A stretch of DNA of 64,000 nucleotides. Origin: Squalus acanthias. Lineage: Eukaryota. Below the pieces are notes generated by a model. It made no database searches and was not told the DNA's origin. It saw only the letters and a program-made list of their open reading frames with translations. Position 1 is the first letter of the stretch. Each line of letters begins with the position of its first letter. A program made the position numbers and the translations under genes. Shown piece by piece: positions 35,120-48,900 of the stretch. Where the stretch lies: assembly GCA_030390025.1 (NCBI GenBank), contig CM059435.1, positions 66,030,001-66,094,000 on the forward strand. Direction: 5' to 3'.

Positions 35120-37260
35120 AAGAGTTGTCATAAACTAAAGTTTAAATTCAATTAAGGATGACTTTGGAGGGGTGAGGCAGGAATTGACTACAATAGACTG
35201 GGCAGAACTATTAATGGATAAACTACAGCTGAACAGTGGCAGATGTTCAAAAGGTTATTTGGTACCATACAAGGTCTGTATATAGCCTTAAAGGGCAAGA
35301 GGTCTACTTGTGTAAATAAACACACTTGGTCAACAAAGGAAGTGAGATAATATAAAACTAAAGGCAGGATTTGTAATAAAGCAAAGAACAGTAGAGGTCC
35401 AGCTGACTGGGAGATCTAAAGAACAGCAAAGTGATACAAAAAGTAGTTGGAACTGCAAAAGGGATATCAAGGACACCAGTGTTTACGAAAGAGGGTGGCT
35501 AAGTAATGTGGGTCCATTAATGACACATGCTGATACTTTAATTGGAAATCCAGAAAAGGCAGACTTGCTAAATAGCTAATTTGTATCAGTCTTCACAGTA
35601 GAGAATGAGGATAAAGTACCAGGGATACAGGGAAAATTAAAATAAATTGGATGAATTGACTAGATTCAATACAAGTTTTTTTTTAAAAAATGATGGAGCA
35701 GCTAATGAGATTAAAGGTAGACAAATCTCCAGGACCCAAAGGTTGCCACCCCAGGGTATTAAAAGAAATGGGTGAGGAAATTGTTGATAGTCACGATCTT
35801 ACAAAACACTCGTTAGGAATTGACCCCTTAGATTGGAAAATTGCCATTGCCACTCTACTATTGGGGAGATATAAACTAGGAAATTATAGGCCTATTAGTC
35901 TGACTTCTGTTAAGGAAGTTACTAGAATCTATTGGGGACAAAGTGACTGAGCTTATTGGCAAGAGCCAGCATGGATTTGTAAAGAAGTCCTGTGTAACAA
36001 ACCTAGCTGAATATTTTGAGGTAACAAACATTGTAGATAAGGGAGTGTCTGGATGTTGTTGATGACTTTCAGAAGGCATTCAACAAGGTTCCACACAGAC
36101 TCGACTTAAAAATGGGAGTGCATGAAATTGGAGGCAACCTATTGGCTTGGATAGAGAATTGGTTGAGGTAGGAGACAGTAGAGATAATGGGTAGGTACTC
36201 AAGATGTGACTAGTGGTGCGCCCCCCCCCCCCCAGGGCCCCAGCTTTCCCCTATTTATGACTTGGATGAAGGAATAGAAAGCTGTTCATCCAAATTTGCT
36301 GACTACACTAAGTTAGGTGGCACAGTAAATAGTGTACACAGGAGCAGAAAGTCACAATGGGACATTGATGGATTAAGTGAGTGGGCAAAACTGTGGCAGA
36401 TGGAGTTCATGTGAGGTCCTCCACTTTGGACCCAAGAAAGATAGAGCAGTGCCTTCTAAATGGTGAAGTTGGGAACTGGATGAGCAGAGAGTTAGGGGTC
36501 CAAGTAGAGAAATCACTAAGCTAGTGAACAGGTACAAAAAATAATTAAAAAGCTCATGGAATGTTGGCCTTTATCTCAGGCTGAAATACAAAGGGGTGGA
36601 AGTTGTTGCAGCTGTACAGAACTCTGGTTAGACTCCATTTAGAGTACTGTGTTCAGTTCTGGGCACTGCACCTCAGGGAAGGATATATTGGCCTTGGAGG
36701 GGGTGCAGTGCAAATTCACCAGAATGATAGGGCTAAGGGTTAAATTGAAGACCAGTTGCATCGACTAGGCTTTTATTCTAGAGTATAAAAGATTAAGGGG
36801 TGATCTAACTGAGGTGCTTAAGATGATTAAAGGAGTTGATAGGGTCGAGAGAAACTATTTCCTCTGCTGTCAAGAACAAGGGGGCATAATCTTAAAATTA
36901 GAGCTAGGTCATTCAGGGTGATGTCAAAGCACTTCACACAAAGGGTAGTGGAAATCTGGAACTCTAAGTTGTTGATGCTAAGTCAGTTGAAAATTTCAAA
37001 ATGGAGATCGACTTTTGTTAGGTTAGGGTTATGGAACCAAGGCAGGTAGATGAGTTGAGATCAGATCAGCCATAATCTAATTGAATGGTGGAACAGGCTT
37101 GAGGGGCTGGAAGGCCTACGATTGTTTCTAAAAACAGAAAATGCTATCTCTTTTGGGTGTAAAGCCTGTTTGATTTCCAGCACTTGTAAGATGTGTTCTG
37201 TTCCACTCCAGAATAGAACTCTCATTCTGAACTACATGGGTTTTTTCTCCTACACTATGG
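35120..37260 (+). mobile_element. CR1 LINE, ~2 kb decayed copy with extended 3' region
   Basis: LKVDKSPGP..HPRVLKE, GNYRPISLTSV, FADYTKLGG and LEYCVQFW fragments. Confidence 0.9.
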
Positions 37261-38499
37261 ACCCCATCTGTATCTTAACCTGTACTCAAGGCCCTCATCC
37301 AATCCAAATCTAGTGGTGCAGTCTTCCTTTAATGCATCATACTTGTCTCTAGATTCATATTCTTTGATTGTATTGGCCCAGTGCAAGTGTGCTCATGGCT
37401 CCTTTGAGTGCCAATGCCAGGACCATGTGTCTATCTTCATACAATGATTCTATTGACATCACTGGTGGAATACCAGAGCATTGACTTCTGGTAATCCTAT
37501 AACAAATAGACTTTAGGTCTGTTGATAGCTTGGTCTCTGTCCTGACCATACTAACCTCAGTTCTTCCGTGCGCGCACCCCCCCCCCCCCCGCCCCAACCA
37601 TTCGCTTAAGCAAAGTATGAGTATTAAGATTGTGCCACAATAATGTGCAAGAAGGGTATCAACTTCAGAGTCCCAACAGCAATACATAGCCTTTCAATTG
37701 AATATGGGATACATTGAATGCATAACCTGCTGGTACAAAATTGGGGTTTGCCTTTTATAGTGATTTTTTTTTTCTCCGGTTGACATCAAGGCTTTCCTGT
37801 GAGTAGACCCACATCCTTTACTTGCAGACTTAATTTTTGCGACCAATACCTGTACTCCTTCCTTGGCAGGAGGCTGGCCAGTGGCGCCATTAAATGAAGT
37901 CTGCTTTAGGCTCCTTGAATTAACTCTTGCTGGTTCAGAGTGAACATTGTTCTAACACAATAAAGCCACAATGCTGGGATCACGTAAATGCTTACTGCTC
38001 CATTATAGGATCATGACTCCAGTGGTTGGGTTTTTTCTCAAATCTTTGCTGAAATCCAGATTTTAACTAAGTTCACTAAATCCAAAAGCAACACTGCCAC
38101 ATGAATTGTATTTGCATGGAATTACATTTTTAAACTCTCTTCTTGCTAGATAAAGTTCAGAGATCCAGAAATGATCCTCTTGATGCCTCTAGGCTGCAAG
38201 AATGTGAATTGCTTATGGGCAACTCACGTATTGTTGGAAGGATTTGAAGAAACCCTCCTTGCAGCACAGCCCTAACCGCGAGTCCCACTTAAGGTTTACA
38301 ATTCAAAATAACACACTTCCCCCATCTGGGCTGTGACCGAATGTGACCTACCACAGGCAAGAGATGTTTTTTCTTTAATCTTCAAGCCTGTGACCGTATA
38401 AAATTAAGGGAGGGGCCTTGAGGTGCCCCCCACACTCACACCCCCCCCTTTCCAATTCCAGCCAGCTCACATCTCTATGGGGAAATCCCATTTTTGCCT

Positions 38500-40450
38500 T
38501 GTTTCAAATGACCAGTTGTATTTTTGTTTCCAGTAGGCTCCATCAACCCTTCATATCTCCTCCTCCTCCTGGCATTTTAGTTTGGTTCAGCTTGGGTTCG
38601 AGAGTTTCCCCTGTCCAAATGGGTACAGGAATATCTACCTACCCAAATCAGTGTGCCAGCACCTCTGGGATCATAACAATATAGTTCAACCTGGGCATGG
38701 TGCCACTTTTATCTGGTAGTGCTCCTAACATAGTTCAGCAATTTGCACATGCAAACTATCTTGTTACTCCCAACAGTAATCTGTATTTAGTAAGCAATTT
38801 TTATTTCAAAACCAGGTAAGGAAATGCTGCAATTTTTTTGAAACTGTTTTCCATCCCACTCTCCATATAGGAAGGAGGCCTGATGGTTCGACTAAGAATA
38901 TGGGGTTTGCATAAAAGCTTTATATTGCTTAACCATCTACCTTTTTGTATAGCTGCTTTAGGACTGACCTTAACAAATAATGAGGAAAGACATTCTTGCC
39001 TTGTACTCCCAAGTCAGCGCAAAAGGTGCCAATCTTCCTTTTTAGAAGCTAGAGGAGAAGCCACATAATTCTTACCCATTTGGGCTAAAACTCAATGTAT
39101 CCAGTTATAGATCAGGTACCTCCACTCTTGCCAAATGCCTTTTAGGCATCCATGGTGGGGAATTTGTGTGTATGTTTCCTTTGTGTCTGAGTACAGCCTT
39201 TCCCCTATCCTACCTGATTACTGTGTATAATGTGTGGTAGACCCAATTCAGTATGCTGTGCTAATACCTTCCCTAGTAGTTTGTTTCCAGCACTTTGTGA
39301 AATGGGCCTGTACTTTCTGGAATGGGTGGGTTCCTTTTTTTCCAAAACACCTGAAATAAGAGCAATGCTGAATATAATGGTGGTTTGATGCATGGTTCAA
39401 GCTTTCAGGAATGCTCGCCCAACTTGGGCAGGATTTTTTTTAAATGTGGGAATTGCAATCTTTCCATCTAGGTCTAGTGACTTAGAATCATAGTATAATT
39501 GCCTCCTTGCTGGCCCCTATTGGACTTTCTAAAATATTCTAACTCTGGAGAACTTCACTTGATCAGAGGGATTAGTCTAACTTTGAACTAAAACTTAGTC
39601 CTAACCAGGACTCCGATTCTGACTTGGTGCAAAAGCTTACAAAATTTCTAACTTCATTTTGATAGCTGCAGTACTGAATTTTTTTTTCGTGAATCCATAC
39701 TTCCATCAACTCATTTTGATTAAAATTTCTCCTTTGTTCCTCCTCCCTCCCATGCCTAATCCTCCAGTCTAGTATTGTGCACATTGCTTTACATCTTGAG
39801 TATTGGTGTTAAATTCATAAAATTCTCTTGCCAATGTCTCTTGTCCATATTAAAAAAAAATTCATAGAACTTCAAGCACCTCAACTTTCAGATAGTAGGA
39901 TAGAGGAGTGCCTATTGAGTGTTGTCATCCCATTAAACTGAGCCCAGTGCTTCTGCAGCTCATACTTCCTGTCTGGGAAGAAGTTCAAATGTTTACAGAA
40001 CCTTGAGGCTAAAATACAAAAGGTAATTTACAAATGAGAATCTGGAAAATTTGAGAATTGCATAGTATGTCTTGGGTTTGGCTGCAGTGTGCAATGGGTA
40101 ACACTAAATTTCAAGCTTTTGACCATTCTGAGAGTCCAAGAAGTGTGGATTTCATGTCCTGGAGATTGCCTATAGTAGGGTTTTTCCCTTCTATCCAAGA
40201 GAGTAGACCTTTAAACTGACTCTTCCTCCTGGATTGACTCTTCAAATGTCCAGATTAGCTGCTGCTGCCGCCTTTCAGCATATCTTTCGCATCTCGCTCG
40301 CAAATTGGTATTCACCTTGGATAGCCTCTCTAGATCTATTTTCAGTTAATTCTTTTTTGAAGCAAGGTGGGTTTTCCCAGTTTTGGCTCTGGCTAATCAA
40401 AGTGTGCTGTGATCTTGAGTGAAACTGTTGATAACAGCTGCTGCCTGTAG
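38500..40450 (-). mobile_element. Decayed L1/Tx1-clade LINE (ORF2 and ORF1 traces)
   Basis: ORF 39205..39393 KYRPIS....KLLGKVLA.....LPHIIHSNQVG (L1-type RT start); about 40170-40260 on minus reads LKSQSRRKSQFKGLLSWIEGKNP, like the L1 ORF1 LENRSRRNN...GLPEG.EG..P motif. Confidence 0.65.
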
Positions 40451-41103
40451 TCAACTAGGGCCTTGTAGACCTGTATCTCTGTTTTCCTCCTTGTCTCCTC
40501 CACTCACTTTCATTACCATATTGCCCTGCTTTATGATCAGAAGGTTTAAGGGGCTTTGGAGCACTTCTGTTGCCCAACAAACTCCACTGAGGCCAGATGG
40601 CTTGCTTCAGCAAAAACCAGCCAATCATTACATGTGATTTAATATTTGTGTATTCTTTGGGGAAGTCGGTGTTTATTTTTCTGCAGTGGTGGAGGCTTTT
40701 AAATCTCTCGTGCACCGCTTTCCCTCCCCCTTCCTGTGTTACATGACTTGCCTTTATTTCCTTTCTATAGGCCATGCATTCCTTGCATGAGTCACCATGT
40801 CATGTGGGAAGACTGCAAGATAGAGCATGGGTGCTAGAATAGCTTTTAAAAACCATGGCACAGCTTTGGGACAATGGGTAGCAGTTGAGCTGGCCCATAG
40901 AATGCTGGTGATGTATTTTTTTTATAGATTGAGGAGGCCTGAAAATGGCGAGACATATTTGGCCTCCCAACTTGATTGGGAGCCCTTCCAAATCACTGGA
41001 ATCCCCTCCAATCTTGCTTTGCGCACTTTTTTTTATAAAGCCTGCTGTATTCTGCTTAAGGAAGCTTGAACACTAATTAACTCCTGTGTTCCCTCATCAC
41101 CAG

Positions 41104-41198
41104 GATTTGACGGCTATAGAGGAATTCCCATACCTGGCAGTGGAACATATGGACCTTTTCCAAATCGAGAGTACCCTGGGATGCCATATACTCCAAGG
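41104..41198 (+). CDS. CAPRIN2: Caprin-2 exon 17 (GFDGYRGIPIPGSGTYGPFPNREYPGMPYTPR)
   Basis: caccag|GA...AGG|gtaagg, 95 nt, phase 1/0; GFD.YRG and REY.G.PY motifs. Confidence 0.93.
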
Positions 41199-41804
41199 GT
41201 AAGGAATGCAGAGTGTGCCATTTGAAGAATTATTAAATTATGAAAGTGTTCATAATTCTCTGGCCCTCTTGCTCCCTGCAGAATATTTTAACTATTGAAT
41301 TCACCAGCTTCACTTTCTTTACCTCCTTTCAAGAGGCAGTTTCACGAGAGGGACCAATACTTTTAAATCTTGTGGCAAATGAAAGTTTTGTTTAGGATTG
41401 ATAATAGCTATTTAGTTTTAGATAGAATTGTAAAAATTGTTGCACAGAAGGCTGCCATTGAGCCAGTCTTGCTTGTGATGGTACTCAATGGGAGCCATCA
41501 ACCCTAATCTTTTTTTTTAATATCCTTCAAAAACTTGACTAATTCATGTTCTGGAATGCTGTCTGCAAGTGACAATTAAGACATGGTGTAATAATTCTTA
41601 AACTCAGTCCCTCCCCTGTTGCTAATTCTTGGGATAACTTTCATTTTTGTTTTGGTAGTAATCCGGAGTTTGATCCAACCAGTGTAACCCTTCCACTATA
41701 GTGTCCTCATAATTTTGGACACTTTTTTTCTCCTCCCCCCTCCAAACTTATTTGAAGTTTAAAGTCGGGTCACATCAACTGCATCTCATCCCTGTTATAA
41801 GAAC

Positions 41805-43130
41805 TGGCCCCTCGAGCCTGCTCCGCCATTCAATAAGATCATGGCTGATCATCGACCTCAACTCCACTTTCCCGCCCGATCTCCATATCCCTTGATTTCC
41901 CTAGAGTCCAAAAATCTATCTATCTCAGCCTTGAATATTCGCAAAGACTCAGCATTCACAGCCCTCTGGGGCAGCGAATTCCAAAGATTCACAACCCTCA
42001 GTGAAGAAATTCCTCCTCATCTCAGTCTTAAATGGCCGACCCCTTATCCTGCGACTATGCCCCCTAGTTCTAGACACTCCAGCCAGGGGAAACAACCTCT
42101 CAGCATCTACCCTGTCAATCCCCTTCAGAATCTTGTATGTTTCAATGAGATCACCTCTCATTCTTCTAAACTCGAGAGTATCGGCCCATTCTACACAATC
42201 TCTCATCATCGGACAGCCCTCTCATCCCAGGAATCAATCTAGTGAACCTTTGTTGCACCGCATTCAAGGTAAGTATATCCTTCCTTAGATAAGGAGACCA
42301 GAACTGTGCACCGTGTGCAGGTGTGGTCTCACCAAGGCCCTGTATGTACAATTGTAGCAATACTTCCCTACTCTTATACTCCAACCCCCTTGCAATAAAG
42401 GCCAACATGCCATTTGCCTTCCTTATTACTTGCTGTACCTGCATGCTAGCTTTCTGTGTTTCTTGCATGAGGACACCAAAATCTCTCCACACCAACATTT
42501 GAAAGTTTCTCACCATATAAAAAAAATATTCTGTTTTTCTATTCTTCCTACCAAAGTGAATAACCTCACATTTCCCTACATTATACTCCATCTGCCACCT
42601 TTACTGCCCACTCAGTCTATCTATATCCCTTTGCAGACTGTGTTCTCCTCACAGCTTACTGTCTCACCTAGCTTTGTATCATCAGCAAACTTGGATACAT
42701 TACACTCGGTCCCTTCATCTAGGTCATTAATAGCGATTGTAAATAGCTGAGGCCCCAACACTGATCCTTGCGGCACCCCACTAGTCTGCCAACCTGAAAG
42801 TTTCGTTTATCCCTACTCTGTTTTCTGTCCGTTAACCAATCCTCTATCCATGCTACTATATTATCCCCAACCCCATGAGCCCTAATCTTATGTAATAATC
42901 TATGGCATCTTATCGAATGCTGTTTAGAAATCCAAATATACTACAGCCACTGGTTCCCCTTATCTACCCTGCTAGTTACATCCTCGAAACTCTAAAATTT
43001 GTCAGACACGATTTCCCTTTCATAAAAACCATGTTGACTCTGCCTAATGTTATGATTTTCTAAGTGACTTTATCACTTCCTTAACAATGGATTCCAGCAT
43101 TTTCCTGATGACTGATGTCAGGCTAACTAA
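41805..43130 (-). mobile_element. CR1 LINE, RT to 3' end
   Basis: ORFs MEYNVGKCEVIHFGRKN...KANGMLAFIARGLEYKS and RRMRGDLIETYKILKG. Confidence 0.93.
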
Positions 43131-43311
43131 GCTCATGAATTATGAACATAGGAATTGCTAGAAAAAGAAGCCAACAATCCATCTAGTTTGCCATCTACCA
43201 TCCTGGTAGTCACATGATGCAACAATAATGGGATTGTTGACTAATCATAGCGATCAATCTCTATCAATTGGTCTACATCAGGCCCAGACATGACTTGATG
43301 AAAACCCAAGT

Positions 43312-43667
43312 GCTATAGAGTCAGTCACAGAAGGAGGCCATTCGGCCCACAGAGTCTGTGCCGGCTCTGTAGAGCAATCCAGTCAGTCCCATTCCCCCCA
43401 CTCTATCCCCGTAGCCCTGCAAGTTTATTTCCCTCCAGTGCCTATCCAGTCTCCCCTCAAACATTGAGTGTCTCCGCTTCCACCACTTCTGTCGGCAGCG
43501 AATTCCAGGTCCTCACCACTCTAAAGTTTTTCCTCACATTCCCCCCCCTGTATCTCTTGCCCAAAACCTTAAATCTGTGTCCCCGTGTCCTTGTACCATC
43601 AACTAGTGAACAGCCTTTCCCTGTCTAGCCTATCCAAACCTGTCATAATCTTGTACACTATCAAATT
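43312..43667 (-). mobile_element. CR1 3' end inserted in an older repeat
   Basis: cacagaaggaggccattcggccc tail; flanks 43135-43311 and 43668-43800 look like one interrupted older element. Confidence 0.8.
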
Positions 43668-44454
43668 TGGGAACCATGGGTTCAAAGTCACCTGTTCACT
43701 TGGCACATATCTCAAATTCACATTCCTCATACTGTGTCCCAAAATGTTTTCATATCCTTTCAATGGCTCTAATCTCTTCCTTCGTATTGGTTGATTCCAC
43801 TTCTTTAAATTTCATTTTCCACCCCCATCTCAAAGAAAATGTTGATAATCTGGGGTGCTTGGAACTTTGTACCTTTTTTTGGTGGTGTTTCTGTGATCTT
43901 TGCTTCACAAATGAAATGGGGTGGGAATCTGTAGAAGCCTCTGAATAGTATAGGACTGGTGGCCTACCATGGGAAGCTTGGAGATGGTCTTGTGACTGTC
44001 TCATTTATTCAAGGTTGAGCCTCCACATAACAAACTAGCAAAAATAGATAATCCAGTGTTTCATGCTAACTAATGTATGTGACTGGCTTCCGTAAAGCCT
44101 GAAAAACCATACTGAAGGCTTCAAGTTTCAGTTTAACACCCAGCATTATGACTCCCTTTCTATAAAGTGGCTTTATTACATATGCAGGTGGGGGGAAAAG
44201 TTAAATGGAGTTAGGAACTTCCAGGGAGCAAGATATCCTAAAAGGCTTTTGATCCTGACCAGTAAGTCCACTTCAGCTGTTTTGATGCAGTACAATCTTT
44301 AACATCCACTGCTGGCCTGCTATGGTTTCAAGGTGGTCTGAAGTTATTCTGATTTCTCTAGTTCTAGCCAAAAGCAAGGTATGGTTAACTTACTTGGGCA
44401 CATCTGTGGATTGAAGAGCCAAACGAAACTGCTGCCCATATCCTAACTTGAACC

Positions 44455-44580
44455 TAGTCCCGTTTACCCACTACCCTTGTACGTGCTGATCTGCATTGGC
44501 TCATGGTCTGGCAACGCCCCCTCGTTTTTAAAACACTCATCCTTGTGTTCAAATCCCTCAATGGCCTTACCTCTCCCTAT
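44455..44580 (+). mobile_element. L2 fragment
   Basis: gctgatctgcattggctc...ctcatccttgtgttcaaatccctc (ADLHWL...LILVFKSL). Confidence 0.65.
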
Positions 44581-44611
44581 AAATAAAAGTTGAAGTTGCA
44601 CAGGGAGTTTA

Positions 44612-45160
44612 ATCATAGAATGGTTACAGCACAGAACAAGGCCATTTGGCCTGTCGAGCCCGTGCAGGCTCTCTGCAAGAGCATTTCAGCTAGCCCTTTC
44701 TCCATAGCCCTGCAAATTTTTTTCCTTCAGGTACTTATCCAATTCCCTTTTGAAAGCCACGATTGAATCTGCCTCGGGCAGTGCGTTCCAGATCCTAACC
44801 ACTGTTTTTTAAAAAAATTAAAAAAAAGTTTTTCCTCATGTCGCCTTTGGTTCTTCTGCCAATCACCTTAAATCTGTCTCCTCTGGTTCTCTACCCTTCT
44901 GCCAATGGGAACAGTTTCTCTCTATCTACTGTCTAGACCCTCATATTTTAAACACCTGTATCAAATCTTTGCTCTAAGGAGAACAACCTTAGCTTCTCAG
45001 TCTATCCACATAACTGAAGTCCCTCATCCCTAGAATCATTCTCGTAAATCTTTTCTGCACCCATTCTAAGGCCTTCACAGCCTTCCTAAAGTGCGGTCCC
45101 CAGAATTGGACACACTACTCCAGCTGAGGCAGAACCAGTGTTTTATAAAGGTTCATCAGA
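44612..45160 (-). mobile_element. CR1 3' fragment, same subfamily as 545-1290
   Basis: Closely similar to 545-1110 along its length. Confidence 0.9.
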
Positions 45161-45341
45161 TGGCTTTGCTGATGATTGTAGGGTGTGGTGCAGAGCTAGA
45201 TGATTAATGGAATATATCTGGACAAAAAGTTCTCTAGTTCTTCAAATTGCAACAGTCTAATCTGGTTCAACTTGTGCAGTACTTGAATGCCTTGATCCTT
45301 ATGTGATGTATTTAACTGGGATAATGTCTGCCCCTTTGCAG

Positions 45342-45408
45342 GAGTCTGGTTACCAGCAGAACTACAAACGTGGTGTAGGAGTTGGGCCTCGTGGGACCAT
45401 GAGAGGAG
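45342..45408 (+). CDS. CAPRIN2: Caprin-2 exon 18 (ESGYQQNYKRGVGVGPRGTMRG)
   Basis: tttgcag|GAG...G|gtaatt, 67 nt, phase 0/1; QQ.YKRG...GPR motif. Confidence 0.93.
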
Positions 45409-47899
45409 GTAATTATCTACTAGATGACATCTGTACTTGGGACCACCGAAGGTTCAGCAACCACATTCTTCAATAGCTTAAAACCTAATAGATTACCAAA
45501 TGTCTTTATAAATCTGGCAACCAAGTGTAGTGCAAAATCCCTTCTGTCAAGGGACAAAATTTAAGTTGTTTGCGAGCTTTCTTTTTTGACTCCACATTCC
45601 CCACACACCCCAACCTGGCCATATGTTTTTTGTTGGTCAGATGTAGCAGCAGTTACAGCATCTAATCCTAACCAGGTGGGTAGATGGTACCAAAGCATTG
45701 TGCAATGTAAGTTACCCATGGCCACCAACCATCTCCATACAGAGCTGCATTGCTGGGTCAGACTTGAAGGGCAAGTGCCTTTTAGGAAATGGCAAAATAA
45801 ATCTCAAATGTAGTGGACCCGTGCATTATTTTAATCTAGATGCAGTCGGTGTGGGTTTAGATCCTATTTGCACTTCTCTGCACTCTATTCTCTTGCATAG
45901 TAGCAATGAAATATTTTGACAAAAGCAGATGGCGACAGATACTTCAAGCTTCCTGATATGACTAAGTTGAAATGGCAAAACTTCCTATCATAGCTGTTCT
46001 ATTGGTATAAAATGGGGCCAATTCAGTGAGTTTTGGTCCTTCTGGAGGAAGTAAAACTAATGGTGGATTGAGCAGTGAAATGATCTCTAAATGTGCATAT
46101 GCTAATATTTGCTTAGTTTGGTAAAGTTCAAACTCAAAAAAATTAGATGTTGCAAAATCAAGTTATAAATTTCCAGACAAGTTGGTCTGTTGACACTACA
46201 TGAGCATTTATTGTCTTCCATTTGCTTGCATCACATACAAAGGGTATTTCTGCTTCATGGAAAACTGCTTGGAATGCTTGCACAGAAATTTCGTGTCTTG
46301 GGTGTTGTCTCTGCCTCCTCCTTGGGCATACCAATCTTCCCACTTTGTAGCAAATCTGTAGACTTAGCTGGCAACACGCACTAGGTCAGTTGAAAGTCCT
46401 GCCTGAAGCGCTTGTCCATTACCGAGTAAATTGTATTTCCCCTATTTTCTCTTAATTCTAGGAACCAACTCCAGTTGCATGTGAGTTTCTGCAAGCGTTA
46501 AGGTCCCTCTCCTGTAGTCCTTGGGGTTGATGGCAAGGCTTCTTTATTTTTGCAGCTTGGTGTTGATCTTGAGCAGTTTTTTTTCTTCCCATTGGCCTGT
46601 TCAATCACCCTGCCATAGATCTTTGCTTTAAAACTGCATTAAGTAGCACAGATGCTTTCCAGCAGTTGGCTCTTGTGCTTCTTTTGTTTGCTTCTATCTC
46701 AACTTCCAGAATGAGTCCTGCTCCAGGAACATGTATTGTATTCCTAGCACTATAGGACTTTCTTCCCCCATGTTGAAACTATATTGGAGCAACAAATGAC
46801 ATGTTGGAATGACAGTGGCAGCATTTAAACCTCAGGGTTCTTCTTGCAAATTGTCCAAAACTTTCAACTTTGGCCACTGAGAATCTACTTATTGATCAGT
46901 GTCCAGTTCGCCAATTGTTGACTTGGCTTTTTACTCCTGTCTATGCAGTTTGAAGCAGTTGTTTAAGCATCAGTTGAAGCTGCAGCAATGCCAAGCCCTG
47001 GCTAGCCCAGAACATGGCCATTCTACTGTCACCAATGTTTAAGGATAAAGGGACCAAACTTCCCTGAAGCTAGTATAATGCCTTCAATTTGAAGTATGTC
47101 CTAACATGACTTTAAAATACTTAACCTTGCTACCAGTGTAGATGTCCAATGGTTGACCTTGCTACCAGTGTAGATAGCCATCTGGTCTAGTTCAAGGTAA
47201 GTGGCTAATATTGTAGGTTAACTCCCAAAATGCAGGATGCTGGGATTTTCTCTCTCTGCAACTGAATCAGCACACATCAGAGTGCTAGGATGGGGGAGAC
47301 CTTGGGCAGCAGATGCTGTAATCTAATGGATTATTGCAAATATCTTTTGATTATCCCTAAACAGGAGGATTTTGACTAATTTTAAGCCTTGGGGTTCTAA
47401 ATGTCACTAATCTGAAGATGGATGATTTATTCAACAGATCATGCATGTGGTCCATTTGGGATGCTGGCTAGCTGCTGTTGACTTGTAGGATGCACAATTT
47501 CATAAATTTAACTTGCTACCAACACCTCTGGTGTTTTTTTTGAGGGTAGTAAAGTTTGCACATCTTGTGTATGGGTGTTTCCCCACAAAGATCTTGAAAT
47601 AGTTGGAAATTTAGCTGAGAAATCATAAATTCACCTTCCAGGTACAAGACAAAGATGTCTTCCCAGTAGCCTCTACTAAGTAACATGTGGATTTCATATG
47701 CAGGGTTTCAGCTAGTAACTTAAGCCTGATGGTCACAGCTGTCTGTTTCTATATACACATGTTGAATGTCCTTTTTTAAAAAAAAAAATAGCCTTGTGCA
47801 TTGGTCCCACAGCACATTTTCCTATTGTCCTAAAAGTTAGACACTGCTGACCTTTTTGTGATTGGACCCAGAATGCCAGCATATTAACTGGATTGTCGT

Positions 47900-48900
47900 T
47901 GGGTGCTCTCCTTCATCACTTAGATGTGAACTTCCTATGCAGGATGGGGAATTCTTCCTAAAGCAAGACTGGATGCAGGGAGTTTGGATCCCCTCTGCAG
48001 CACACTAATATGGAATGAAATGGAGTTTGGATCCCTGCTGCAGCACACTAATTTTGAATGTACAGGGTGGTGATGTATGTGCCAAGAAAATGACAATGAT
48101 CTGTATCAATGAGCAACCCAGTCTTCTGTTCTCCATCTTAATCCTAAAGCAACATGATGGTGTAGTTACCTTGCATTTGTTCTAAACCCTTGGATGTTGG
48201 GCTCCCATCAAGACTGGATGTCCTCTGCTAGGTTGAAGTTCAGGCTTTTTTCTTTCAGCAGGGTCATTTGCAGTTGGAACCTGCTACAGTCCAGAATAAG
48301 GCTGGTGGATGTCTATTCTAGTCTTGGACAAGAGAGCAATAACTCTACATGGTAGGACTTCTCTTGCCCTGTCAAATGTTTCCTTTTCAACAAAGGGATT
48401 TCCACAGAATTTGGGCAGAGGGTAAATTTAATGAATGCCTCTTTGAGGCAAAAGAAGAACTTGAATCTTCTGACTTGGTCAACTGATCAGCTAAGGTCAC
48501 TTGGAGGATTACCTGACTTGGATGAATGGTGGTGAGATCCAGCATAGTGACTCAACTATTGATGGCTTTTGAAAGGGCTGGCTTGGAGGAAACTGGCAAT
48601 GCTACTTTGATCTGATATTGAAGGCTCTTGTCAAATAGATTGGTATATGACTCTTGCTTCAACTCACTGGTGCTGTCTTCTGGAAACTCATGCACTTAAG
48701 CTGCTCGATCGTGGCTTCCCTAGTTTAAAGTCTTATGGTTGCTGTCTATATTGGATAATAGTGCAGCATCACACTAGTATTGGGTTGTGGAGTGTCTGCA
48801 TAGTGCTTTTTCTTCCTCTTAGTTCCTGGAGAAGATTTGAATTCTGATCTCCGCAAGCTGAACCTGAGATTTCCTGTGACATTAGAAGCTTGTTAGTCCT
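47900..48900 (-). mobile_element. Possible ancient RTE-like RT remnant
   Basis: Weak minus-strand traces LSKAINS and KSGNPPS, resembling DLTKAFD..KIGCPPK. Confidence 0.3.

Noticed and set aside
106-37595. Recurrent poly-C/poly-G runs (e.g. near 106, 5672, 18108, 25486, 36221, 37577)
   Set aside because: Simple homopolymers of uncertain assembled length with no shared flanks.
47124-48060. Short direct duplications (20 bp at 47124/47156; ~39 bp at 47979/48022)
   Set aside because: Two-copy local duplications in decayed intronic sequence, with no sign of function.
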